Origin: the human T2T-CHM13v2.0 reference genome, Homo sapiens
Assembly (NCBI RefSeq): GCF_009914755.1
Contig: NC_060938.1
Length of the DNA: 64,000 bases
Reading direction: 5' to 3' (one strand)
The translations under genes and the position numbers were made by a program. The notes beneath the pieces were generated by a model that saw only the letters and a program-made list of their open reading frames with translations, had not been told where the DNA came from and did not search any database. Position 1 is the first letter of the stretch. Every line of letters begins with the position of its first letter. Of the stretch, positions 45,381 through 59,399 are shown piece after piece.

Positions 45381-45735
45381 TGTCTTAGTTTCTTCAGTTT
45401 GTTTGGGCTGCAAAAAAATACCATAGACTGGGTAGCTTATAAACAACAAATTTCTCACAGTTGTGGAGGCTGGAAAGTCCCAGATCAAGGCAGATTTAGT
45501 GTCTGGTGAGGGCCTACGTTCTGGTTCATAGATAGTGCTTTCTGGCAGTGTCCTTATGTGGTGGAAGGGGCAAGGTAGCTCTCTGAGGTCCCTTTTACAA
45601 GGGCGTTCATTCATAAAGGCTCTGTTCTCATGATCTAGTCACCTCCCAATAGGCCCCACCTTCTAACATCATCACATTGGTGATTAGGTTTCACCCTAAG
45701 AACTTTGCGGGGACACAAATATTCAGACTGTGGTA
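45381..45735 (-). mobile_element. MLT1A-like solo LTR
   Basis: taccatagactgggtagcttataaacaac motif; 5-bp TSD GTTTC. Confidence 0.82.
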
Positions 45736-46862
45736 GTTTCCTAGGCAGATTTTTCAAAAGGTAAAGAAAAACCTTTTACAACCTCTTATTAAGAACAGAA
45801 ATAAGATAATCTAAAAAATGTTGTTTTTTTAAGAGAGAGAAAATGAAACTCTGGTTTTGCATCAGTACACTGTTAATATTAAAGCTCATTTAAAAACCTC
45901 ACAGTAAATCTACTCAATCTTAGCCAACATGACCACACAAGATAAAATTCTCTTTCTCTGTCTTCCCCATACTTCCCTTTCAGGTTTTGGTCCTTTCCTC
46001 TTCCTCATTCAGGAATAATGAGTAAACAGCTCCTTTAGGAAAGAATTGCTCTTTTTCCTGTAACAAAACCACATTCTACATTACTTGAATACTTTGCACA
46101 CAGAGGTTTTTCCTTCATCCTGATTATGTCTAGTAGTTCAATTTACATATGATTGATTATAATTTTCAACTCTTATTATCCTTTATTTTCCAGAGAAAAC
46201 TATTAGACAACTGTGAATTGCCTATTGTATATCAGCATTTTTTGGCATTTTAGCAAATTTTGTGAATATACAATCTCACAATTTCTAGATGCAAATTCTT
46301 CTTAGTATGATTCCCCAATGTGGCAAAAAGAACATCCTTTTTAACAAACCCAAATGTCTTTAGCATTTGTAAAAAATAAGAAGCTAAAAGCAGATAAACT
46401 TATGATCAGCAATTAATGTGTTAATATTTTATCCTACTTAGAAGTGATCTAGATTTTCAGTGAATACCTGCCATTTAATTTAACTTAGTATACCGTTAAG
46501 GTTTCAAGTTACCAAAAAGATTCTGAAAACTACATCTAAGCAGAAACATTATAAAACACAATTACTGTTGCTATAAACTTTGTCAGAATAATGATTCTGT
46601 TTAATTAAAATCAAATCTGTATATTCTATAATCTTAAACATTGGTAAATATATTAGTTTATTTGAGTAGTAAGCCCAGGTAGAAGCAAAACGTGTGCTCA
46701 GCATGGTACTCAATGCTGATAACTCTGAAAACACAGCTGTTTTTATTAAACCAACAATATTATACTTGTCTCATTTACAGATTTACTGAAATCACGTACA
46801 CCTGAAAGCATTTGGGTTAGTTCCTATATTTCTGAGAGTTTTAGGAATATTTAATTTATATA

Positions 46863-47243
46863 TGTTAAAATAAAAACCTTAGACAAATTATATTTAACAG
46901 AGATTAATTGAGCAAAGAACAACTCACAAGTCAGGCAGCCTCTGAACCAGAATAGATTCAGAAAGGCTCCAGCATAGCCATGTGGTGGAAAAAAAAGACA
47001 GGAAAAGAAATGTACAGGAAATGGAAATGAGGTACAGAAACAGCCAGATTGGTTACATCCTGATGTTTGCCTTATTAACAGTTGGCTGCCTTTGATTGGC
47101 CAAAAGTCAGTGATTGGCACAAGAGTAGGTTACAATCTGTTTATACATGCAGCTAGGTTACAGTTCACTATGTATATGTAGAAACTGTTGGGCCAAACTT
47201 AGAATATGTAAGAAGACAGCTTTAGGCTAGACTTAATTTAACA
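46863..47243 (-). mobile_element. MER57B-like solo LTR
   Basis: Reverse begins tgttaaattaagtctagcctaaagctg; three CCAAT boxes; TSD tata/tgta. Confidence 0.78.
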
Positions 47244-47266
47244 TGTAAGTGTATATGTTTTGCAAC

Positions 47267-48055
<789 letters not shown>

Positions 48056-48332
48056 AAACCCATTTAGAATAGAGGTCTCTCAAGGAATTTTATAAAGCAA
48101 TTTGGCAATATTTTCTGGAGATGAGAAGATACCACATACACATAATGTATATACATATGTTACAGACCACAGGCTCCTTGGCTCTCCATGTAATGGAAAT
48201 TAATATGGGGCCAAGAGGACTTCCTAGATAAGGCTTTATTTTCAGGACTTGTTCTCAAGTGCAAGGCAGACAGTGGAGGCACAAGAATCCCCGAGCTGGT
48301 TCCCCAAAAAGAGCTGGTAGGATTTATTTTTT

Positions 48333-48655
<323 letters not shown>

Positions 48656-51375
48656 AGGATTTATTTTTTTAAGGCAAAGCATGGGAATTGACATCGGCGG
48701 TAGAGTATACAGGCTGGGTTGGGCAGTGCATGTTAGAGGTAGGGTATGCAGGTCAGCAAAGCTGGTTGTGATGGTTGTCTTGAGTTATGGGTCACCTGCT
48801 GGTCTGGCCAGTGGCAACAAGGCTGTAAATCAGTTGTTCAGCATTCCTTCCCGAGATGGGAGACTCAGGAACCTTAGTTTAATTTTGGATCTCCTAAGGC
48901 CAGTGTCTGGAATTGTTTAAGTAAGAGGCATGGTTAAACATATAAAAGCACAGAAGAACAATACAGAATGGCTGTTTTCTTTGTATGACTATTAATGGAT
49001 ACGCATTGGTGAGGTAGTGGTGTGGGTTTTGAGATCAGTGGGAATGTATGAAAGAATGCTCTAGTGGGTGTGAGCTGAAGCCAAGCCCCACCCTTACTGT
49101 CTCATTCCCCTCTGAGATATTTCACTCTCTTTATTCTTAAGGAAAAAGGGCTGAAGATCTCATCTTCTGAAGCTATACTGAACAGCTATGCTGAACAGGG
49201 TTGTTGTCCCTGTCTAACCTCAGAGGAACATAGAAATCTCTCACTGACTGTTCTAGAGACCTGTAGGGACTAGAATCCTTCTGGGATGGTATGGGTTGGA
49301 ATCCTTGGGCCATCATTAGCTTGACTTAGAACTGTTGAAGCCTGGAAGGCATAAACTTTAACCATCTGTACGCCTGTTGAATATAACAAATAATTATTTT
49401 AAAAATCAAATAGCACCCAGTGATAATTAATAAAATGCCTAAGTCCAGTTTAATAATGCTATGAGAAGAAATCAGCTGCCATTTGGAATTTAAGTGAATA
49501 GGCTGGAGAATGAGTCTCCTGGTGTGTGAAATATAAGGCAAACATACTTTTAATAAGAGACATTTCTATGGAAACAAAAGAAAAACAACTGTTAATGGTG
49601 GGCATAATCTACCCAGTTATTAGGCTCAAAGCATCTTTAGTTATGGAGGAGGGTGGTGGCAATTTTTCATGTTTTTTTGCTTGTATTATAAAGAATAAGC
49701 CTTAGTTTGCAGGGCCTTAGGAAAAAGGTAGTAGCAATTTCATTAAGTCAGAAAAGTGGAAGAAAATTTTTAAAATGTTAGTTTGGAGACTTGCAGCTCA
49801 GAAAATAATATTAAAAAGCTCAAAAACAACAGATAAGACTAGAACCTACAACAGGTATATTATACTCTTTTTCTCTCCAGTCTCTCATTTTTATCAAAGA
49901 CAAATTATTGTAGGATTGATGTGTTTGCAAATTAAATTTTAGTTTCATTATACTTGTTTTGATTATTTGCGTGAAGTGCAGCAAGAATAATTATTTGCCA
50001 TATAAACTTTTTTTTTTAATTGGCTTTGCTGGAACTTTGTTTTGTAAGGATTCTCAGATTAGACTTTTTAAAGCTGTGAGCCTAGCTATGGATTCATCTG
50101 TGCCTGCAAACACTTGTATGAATTGGGTGAATTCCTCCCCTCTTGAAGTCCAAAGATAACTTGGGGCTCCTGGACCTGTTAGAAAGTGACAGTCTTTACT
50201 TACCATAGGTCAGGAACCCTGTACAAGGACTGCATAGACAGGATATGAGGGCAGTTTTTCCAATGGGGTTTTATCGGCTTTAGAAGTCAACCTCAATTTT
50301 TAGAAAAGCAGTATGAAAGCATGTCATTCTCATAAAGCCTTGATAAAATAACCAGTTTCCCCAGTTGTGTCCTGTTACAAAAGAAAACAGATTCTTATTG
50401 CATGTATGCAAACAACTATATTGCCATAAGTTAAGAATACTCACATATAGTTTCCAAATTCTGCAGAAATCAGGTAGAGAGAAAGAAACATGCTCAAAAT
50501 TTTGCTTATAGGTTGTAGTTTACTCAATTGTTAAAAGTTGTAAATGGTTTAAAAGGGAAAAAAGTTTTCTTGACTCTGAAAAACAAAACAAAAAGGGTCA
50601 GCAGCATTTCTGGAAGAAAAGGTCATAAACAGATTATTTCAATCTCCTATTTGTTTAGTCCATGAAATTAACTCCTGTTCTGCTTGATATTTATGGACAC
50701 ATTAGATCTCCAAGAGGGTCTTACAAGTTTTTCCCTCTATTCTAATGGCTCAGTCTCCAGGTTGTCAGAGACCTGCATCCAAGAGTATCCATGAGAGTCC
50801 TTTAGCTGATTATAAATCTTCTTTTGGAATAGATTAAAACAAGACAATTGTCTGTGGATGACAAGAGTCTTAGGACAGCCACAGTTAAAGATGCAATCAA
50901 CAGGGAAATCTGGTCATTTCTGTGGCACACAATTTAATGTAACAATCTTAATTGTTATTGATAGCAGATACTTAGGCATATCAGAATCATAGGAATCTCA
51001 TATAACTATGGAATACATATTAATCACACATTTATGTGACTATAATCTAAAAAAAGCTAAACACCATTTTAAATGTGATAGTGTTTCCTGTATGGTTTTG
51101 ATACACCAAATAAGCTGCATATGTCTCTTTTGGACCTCAGAGGACCTACTACACAAAATGGTTAATTAGGTCAAAAAAGGCTTAATTCAGGATTTTATTT
51201 TGGAAAGCTTGTCAAATATCAAAATTTAAAACACTTGACATCACAAAATAGGACCACAGTTTATTTATTTAACCAACATGATTAACTCAAAGATTTCTAA
51301 ACAGCAAAAATCCTTTAGTCTTTTACAGAGAGAGGACTCAGCTTTCTAAATAACCAGACCCAGTAAAGACAGCAT

Positions 51376-51740
<365 letters not shown>

Positions 51741-52704
51741 TTACCTTTGCATTAGTATATTAATACTAAAGCTAATTTCAATAACATTTGATGAAGCTAT
51801 CTAATTTTAACCAGTTTGACCATAAGGTAAGATTTTTATAACCCTTTGCAAATTTTTTGTTTAAGAGCAGATAAATGCTCCAGGAAAACCCTATTATTCT
51901 GACACATGAGCCCAGATTCTGGCCCTGTGTTAGCAAGCTTTTATTTTAATATTTAATTTATGGAAAAACTAAATAATACCCTTTTAGCCAACTAGCTCAT
52001 ACACAGAATTTCTGTTTCAAGATTAATCTTTCACAAACCATCTCTAACTGGCTTAAACTTTCAGTTATATTCTATCTTTCTTTTAACCCAAAACAATCCT
52101 TAAACAACCTCTAAATTAGGCAAAATAGTTTGTCTTTTAAAAACTACATTCCCATGCCTTTTTCTTAAAAACACCTAATTTTAATTTTTAGTGTATGCAA
52201 CTTTAATTCTGTACCAAGTGCAGAGCCTGGGAACTACAGGTAATATGTGACTCTTTTCCAGTATAGCTAGGGAGTGTGTCTAATTCTATATATCCCCAGG
52301 CCTTACCTAGAATCTAATGGCCCCAAAGCAGGCAAGTCAAACAGTTATCAAAAGTCATAGAAGCAGTTTATAATCTTAAAGCATCTAGCAAGGGCAGTTC
52401 CTGACCTGCCTAATTTAGACTGAATGCCTAAATTTTAAAGACATTTAATTTTATTTCATTAATAGTCTTTAAAACTGTCTTTATTTACCAAAGATTACTA
52501 AAGCCATGTGAACTAAAGTGTTTATTTTTCTGATAAAATATTTTATTTAAGCATTTATTTTTCTTTAAGCCAATTCATTGGAGGTCTTTTACATATCTTG
52601 GTAGTAAGACATCACATACATGACACATATAAATACACAGACAGAGAAGCAGATCTGGTAGAGTTATAAGATTCTTCATTTGCCAGTTTTTAAGATTTTC
52701 TTCC

Positions 52705-53006
<302 letters not shown>

Positions 53007-54239
53007 AAGATTTCTTTCTCATTTTATTTTAGATAAAGCATCAATCTTTTGATTATCTGTTCTCTGCCCTAAATAATTATCAGTGAGGTAACTCTGATTT
53101 TGCATTTTAAAAGGGACAATTCTTAGGTGAAATAAGATAGATAATTTATATTTTACTTAAACCAAGGGAGAAATGGTGTGAGTAAAAGTTTAGGTGAGAC
53201 AGCCAGGGAAAACAGATACCCTTACATGTGGAGATTTCTTTAAAGATGTAAGTTTTTAAATTGGGTTCAGGGTGGAGCCTTTTAAAGAACAAGGCCAGGA
53301 AAGCATGCAGTTTTTAGGGCCTAGTAGGTGGGCACAGCTGGAAGGCAGAACAGATCTCCCAAAATCAAGGATCCCATTTCCACACCAAATACTGGGTCCC
53401 CGCAAAGAGGCAAGTGCTATGAGACAAGACAGTGCAATGCTTTCACAGCATGTTTTATTGTAAGGACATTTCCCCAAGGCTGCTGGACAACCCAACATCA
53501 ACTAGTCTGCTCTGTAATCAGCCCATCCCCCATTTCATACCTTCTAGTTGCCCAAGAGCATGGCTTTTTATGTATGTAAACACAAAAAAAAAGGAGTATC
53601 ACCCTGTGGTAATAGCCACTCACTGTAAGCAACTGCTATTGGACATTTAAAAAAATATGCCTCTTATTTAGCTATTGCACATTAAGATTCAACATTTCTA
53701 AGTAATGCAAAATAATTTCTGATGCCCCCAAAAGTCAAAAAGATCAGGTAACATAATGCAAAACAGAACAGAGCCTCAGATTTTGGGAAGTATCAGTCTG
53801 CGTGTAATTCTTTGGGTTCTACTTGGAAAACAGAGGTTTCTCCCAAAACAGGAGTCTGTGGTGCCTCTTCTGTTTCTCTCAAGGAGTTCCAGGCTGTCAG
53901 AAATTACCTTAAGTCCTCTCATGCAGGGCAGTGAGGGCGTGTGTGCCAGAGGACAGAGTAAATGGAGAAACAATTCAATTGACTGAGAAAAAAAAAAACC
54001 CAAAAACCTTTTTTTCAAAAAAACAAGATCCAAGAAGAGAAAAAAGCCTAATGGCCTTTTAAATGTATGTATAGCTTGGCTATCCCCTTTTAATTAATAT
54101 CATTTACCATAGAGCTCTTTAAAAAAAACTCTTTTAAATCTTTAATTTCCAGACCATTGCCTGGCTGTTAGGGACAAACAGCCAATGCCTCTGGCATTTA
54201 AGCCTTTTATTCTCCCAAAGGGATTTTCCCAAGTGCAAC

Positions 54240-54757
54240 TGTTACCAGTAAAAGGGGTCTTGATACAGACCCCAAGAGAAGGTTCTTGGATCTCATGCAG
54301 GAGGGAATTCAAGGTGAGTGGCAGAGTGCAGTGAGAAGAGAGAGTTTATTGAAAGCTACTCCATTACAGAGAAGGACATCCTTAAGTTTTTCTTGTATAG
54401 GGGTCATCTCTATATAAAAGCTAAGCTAAGCCATGTCTATGTAAGTGTGAGCAGAGAGTGTGACAAAATTTATATTCTATTGATTTAAAGAAAACTATCC
54501 TTGATGTTTTAGTGTGTGAATACATCAAACCATAACTATAACAATCTTGAAGCCATATTTTGTTATGGGTATTGGGACATCTGGACTTTCTGCTGTTGTG
54601 GGAGTGTCTTTGCCGGTATCTTAGGCTGTTTCCTCAACTGTAAATATCTCATGACTGTGGGTAGTGACCAACAAGGAATATGCCCAGTTAATCTGAAGAT
54701 GGAGCTGAACTTAAAATGGGGTTACTCTGGCTCTCCTAGGCTCCTGCTTCCCTAACA
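54240..54757 (-). mobile_element. MER41-family solo LTR
   Basis: Reverse begins tgttagggaagcaggagcctaggagagccagag and ends ccaagaacc...ggggtc...ggtaaca. Confidence 0.72.
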
Positions 54758-55576
54758 AATCCAATAAGCCTTAATGAAGGTTATGATTTAACCATAGCTG
54801 CACAAAGTATCAACAAAGAGATTGCAAGCAGTTTTTACAAGATGTAGAATCGCCTCCTAGATAGCTCAGAGAAAGGAAAATTCTAGACAGAAAATCACAA
54901 GCTGCCTGACATAACCTAAACATTTCCGCCCTCTGAATGGTAGAGATGGAGAGAGAGTACCCCCATATGGTCACAAAGACAATGGAGGGAAAAAGAATAA
55001 ATAAATGGCAAAGGTCAGATAAATATCAAACCAGAAGGGACTCATTCCCTAAGATGGGAATTGAACCCATGCCACCATCATGAATGGGCAAAGCCTTAGC
55101 CACAGAGCTACAGTATTGTTCTTCCCAGAAGTAATCTAGAGCAGACAGTTTCAAGTTTGCAAAGGATTTTAACTGCTTAAGAGAATCCTTAAGGCTAGCC
55201 ATGACATTATCATGTGTCCTTTCAGACTGGCTGCCTTACATGAACCTGAAAATTTCCACCCTGTGGATGGCAGAGACTGAGAGAGAATACCCCCACATGG
55301 TCAAAAAGTCAAGCTTTCAAGGACATAAAACAAGACAAGAGGGAAACTTCATTTGGTTTTTGTTTCAGGGACCCATAGCGAAGTTTGTAGCTGACCAATC
55401 TGCAGGGCTGGCTCAAACAGCAGACTTATAGGGGTCCTACACCCACATTCTATTCTGTGGCAACCCCTCCATGACAGAACAACGCAGAACAACAAATTCA
55501 TATCACAGTACAGCAGATTCGCTACAACCTAAGACTAGTTTCCCACATCTTTTTTCTCATTAATCAAAACCTTGCA

Positions 55577-55871
55577 GGCTGGGCGCGGTGGCTCACGCCT
55601 GTAATCCCAGCACTTTGGGAGGCTGAGGCGGGCAGATCATGAGGTCAGGAGATCGAGACCATCCTGGCTAACACGGTGAAACCCCGTCTCTACTAAAAAT
55701 ACAAAAAATTAGCCCGGTGCGGTGGCGGGTGCCTGTAGTCCCAGCTACTCAGGAGGCTGAGGCAGGAGAATGGCGTGAACCCCGGAGGCGGAGCTTGCAT
55801 TGAGCCGAGATCGCGCCACTGCACTCCAGCCTGGGGGACAGAGCAAGACTCCATTTAAAAAAAAAAAAAAA
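55577..55871 (+). mobile_element. AluY
   Basis: AluY diagnostics; TSD aaaaccttgca/aaaatcttgta. Confidence 0.93.
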
Positions 55872-55890
55872 TCTTGTAGAGGAGAGAAAC

Positions 55891-55895
<5 letters not shown>

Positions 55896-55943
<48 letters not shown>
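55896..55943. repeat. T48 homopolymer
   Basis: Counted directly. Confidence 0.9.
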
Positions 55944-55946
<3 letters not shown>

Positions 55947-57308
55947 ATTTACTTAACTGGTTTGCACAGAGAGCGAGAGGCCGGGGCCCTGGCTGGTAAG
56001 AAATTCTTACCCTTTTGCCTGCATGCCAGGGTTTTGGTTTCCCTGTCTCTGCAGCTTCCATAAGAGCAGAGCAGCTTTTGATGACCCTGTTCGCTGTGCC
56101 ATAACTGTGGAGGCCAAGCTGCGTTATAATAGAAAATCTTCCTTTTCTGTTTCATGGAACCTTAGACAGAAGCTTCTCATTTTTCCAAGATGCCACCCAG
56201 TGGGCCGCATGGGGGAATAAGATGTCAAATTAAACACAAAAAAAGGAAAAATGGATCAGGATGTGAGTGATACAGACTCTGGACCCATGTGCTGCCAATT
56301 CTCTCCTCTCAAAGACAGCACTGATAAAAGAAAAACTTCAGCTGAATTAAATTTAAAAGAGCTTAATGAGCAATGAACAATTTGTGAATTGGGCAGCCCC
56401 CAGAATCACAGCTGATTCACAGAGACTCCAGCACAACAGCTATGTGTGCTGTGCTGGAGTATAAAGATTTATAAACAAAAACAGGGAAGTGACCTACAGA
56501 AATTGGCAGTGAGGTGCAGAAACAGCTGGATTGGTTACAGGTTGGCGCTTGCCTTATCTGAACACAGTTTGAACACTTAGCAGTCTATATGAGTGGTTGA
56601 GGTATGGCCGCTTCAACGGCCAAGACTCAGTTATTGGCACATACTACTAAGTTAGGTTTTTAATCTTTTCTGACTACTAAGCTAGTGGAGGAAATTTTCA
56701 TGCACATCTGTGTGAAAAGACCACCAAACAGGCTTTGTGTGAGCACTAAAGCTTTTTAATCACCTGGGTGCAGGTGGGCTGAGTCCAAAAAGAGAGTCAG
56801 CAAAGGGAGATAGGGGTGGGGCCATTTTATAGGATTTGGGTAGGTAGTGGAAAATTACAGTCAAAGGGGTTGTTCTCTGGCTGGCAGGGGTGGGGGTCAC
56901 AAGGTGCTCAATGGGGGAGCTTTTGAGCCAGGATGAGCCAGGAGAAGGAATTTCACAAGGTAATGTCATCAGTTAAGGCAGGGACTGGCCATTTTCACTT
57001 CTTTTGTGGTGGAATGTCATCAGTTAAGGCAGGAACCGACCATTTTCACTTCTTTTGTGATTCTTCACTTTCTTCGGGCCATCTGGACATATCTGTGCAG
57101 GTCACAGGGGATACGATGGCTTAGCTTGGGCTCAGAGGCCTGACATTCCTGTTTTCTTATATTAATAAGAAAAATAACATAAAATAGTGTTGAAGTGTTG
57201 GGACAGGGAAAATTTTTTGGGGGGTGGCATGGAGAGATAATGGGCGATGTTTCTCAGGGGTGCTTCAAGCGGGATTAGGGGCGGCTTGGGAACCTAGAGT
57301 AGGAGAGG

Positions 57309-59044
57309 TCAAGTTGAAGGAGGATTTTGTGGTAAGGGGTGATATTGTGGGATTGTTAGAAGGAGCATTTGTCGTATAGAATGATTGGTGATGGCCTGGA
57401 TACGGTTTTGGATTAATTGAGAAACTAAACGGAAGGTACAAGGTTTGAATAAAAGAAAGAAAAAAATAGGTATTAAAGGACTAAGAATTGGGAGGACCCA
57501 GGACATCCAATTAGAGAGTGCCCAAGGGGGTTCAGCGTAATTACTTGCTTGGTTGGTGAGTTTTGGGGCTCTATCCTTGAGTTTTTTTATGTTGTCATGT
57601 ACCAGGCCAGATCGATTTAGGTAAAAACAACAATCTTCATTTAAAAATATACAGAGTCCTCCTTTTTCAGCAGTGAGTAAGTCAAGGCCTCGGCAGTTTT
57701 GGAGGACAACTGCAGCTTAAAGAGTCAACTTGGGCCTGAAGGACTGATAAAGTTTGTGATATCTCTGTGATGCTAGCAGAGAAGTCATTAGAGAGGCTAC
57801 GGAAGGTCGTGATAGAGGTTGAAATGCCTGCCATTCTAGTATCGAGAGCAATAGTGGAGGCAGAAAGTCGTAAACTGACAAGCAAGGATATTAGTGGAAT
57901 AACTCTTTTTTGTCATCTCGGTGTCATGAGGGGAACAGGGAGCTCTTCGGTCCCATTCGCAAATTGAATTTTGGGAGTAAGGAAAACTAGTGTGCATGTG
58001 CCTGTCCAATTAGCAGGTAGCCACATGTAGGTAGAGGATCCACAGAGGAAGAAGAGAGCTTGTGCCAGGCAAAACTGGAAATGCAAAGTAAAAAGATGAG
58101 AAGGAATGCTGAAAGGGGTGTCTTGTACCCAGACTCCTAGGGATCCAGCTAGGGCGGCAGCCGTCAGAGGTTGTAATGGGGACTGATGGGGTAACTGCAT
58201 AGAGGGAGAGGCTCGATTTTCATGGTGTATGAGAAAACGTTGAGTGCCCACGAGCAACCTTTCACTGTTATTTATGGGGCTGGGTATAAGTAAACAAGAA
58301 GAGGGCCTGGGAGGAGAGTCTGAAGAGCAAGGGGAAGGTAGCCAAGGATGGAGGGAAATACAGGGTGTCTTCCTAAGCAATAATTACTGCTAATGTTTTT
58401 AAGTTTGCCAGTATTGATAGAAGGCTTATCTGTAATATGGAGCTGTAAGGCTCCAATTGTTTCAGTGATGTATGTAGTTGGGCTTTGGAGATGAAGAGTG
58501 AAGGAACATCAAGAAGGGGAATTCCAGTGGGTCTTTGCTGAGAGATACATAAAGGAGCAGCCACAGGAAAAGTAGTTTTTGTTGTGAGGGGTCCAAATAT
58601 GGGGGGAGTAGAGTTGATATAAGGAGAAAGGTTTTTAAAGTAAGTGTGGAGGAGGGCAGCAGCTTGCTGATGTGAAATGTCTGGGGAGGTCTTGCTGGAC
58701 CTGTCTAGAAAGTAAAGAAGTTCTTCAGGAGGGTAAAGGTGAGGGCTATTAAAGGAAGTTTGGAGGTGTAGGGAGACAGGAGATGTTTCCCAGCCTGTAT
58801 ATAAGACGGGGGCAGCTGTGTAGGCGCAGGAGGAAAGGGAAATGCAAAGCAAGCAATTGCTCGCTAAGGAGGGATTAGAAATGGCTAGGAGAGAGTGAGT
58901 AAGATTGATAGTGTGGTGGAGATAGCTGGGGAGAGGTAGAGGGTGGCATAAGAATGGGAATGAGAATAAGATTGAGTATAAAAATAAAGAATAGAACTTC
59001 ATCAGGGTGAAAGTATTGGAGGGTGCCCTGCCAGCAAAGATCAT
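57309..59044 (-). pseudogene. HERV-H env, full span but disrupted
   Basis: MIFAGRAPSNT start through YHPLPQNPPST stop; immunosuppressive domain LQNCRGLDLLTAEKGGL and CIFLNEDCC; frameshifts near 58515, 58370 and 57718; TGA at 57913-57915 just before the QKR cleavage site. Confidence 0.92.
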
Positions 59045-59399
59045 CTATCCACTCTAAGAGGGAGTTAAGAGTGGCGGTTTGGGGATAGCACCAGGAGATA
59101 TCAGCTGCGATGGCTTGGAGAAACAGTGTAAACTGGCAGTATAAACAAGAGTAGGGCATTTATGAGTAGTTGAGAACGGTGAATAGGAGTGTGACTAGAC
59201 AGAAGACAGCAGGGATGACCAGTTTTTGGGGCGCAGTCCAAGTAGTGGGGGTGACTGCATAAAGCCCTGTTGCAAAAAGTAGGGTAAGGACGAATAGACC
59301 TAATAGAATGAAGGGATGTATTAGGCTCATAAGGGTTATTACTGTTCTTCAGAAATGCAAGTGAGTTTAAGGGAAGTAGTGGGGAGTACTTGCGACTTC

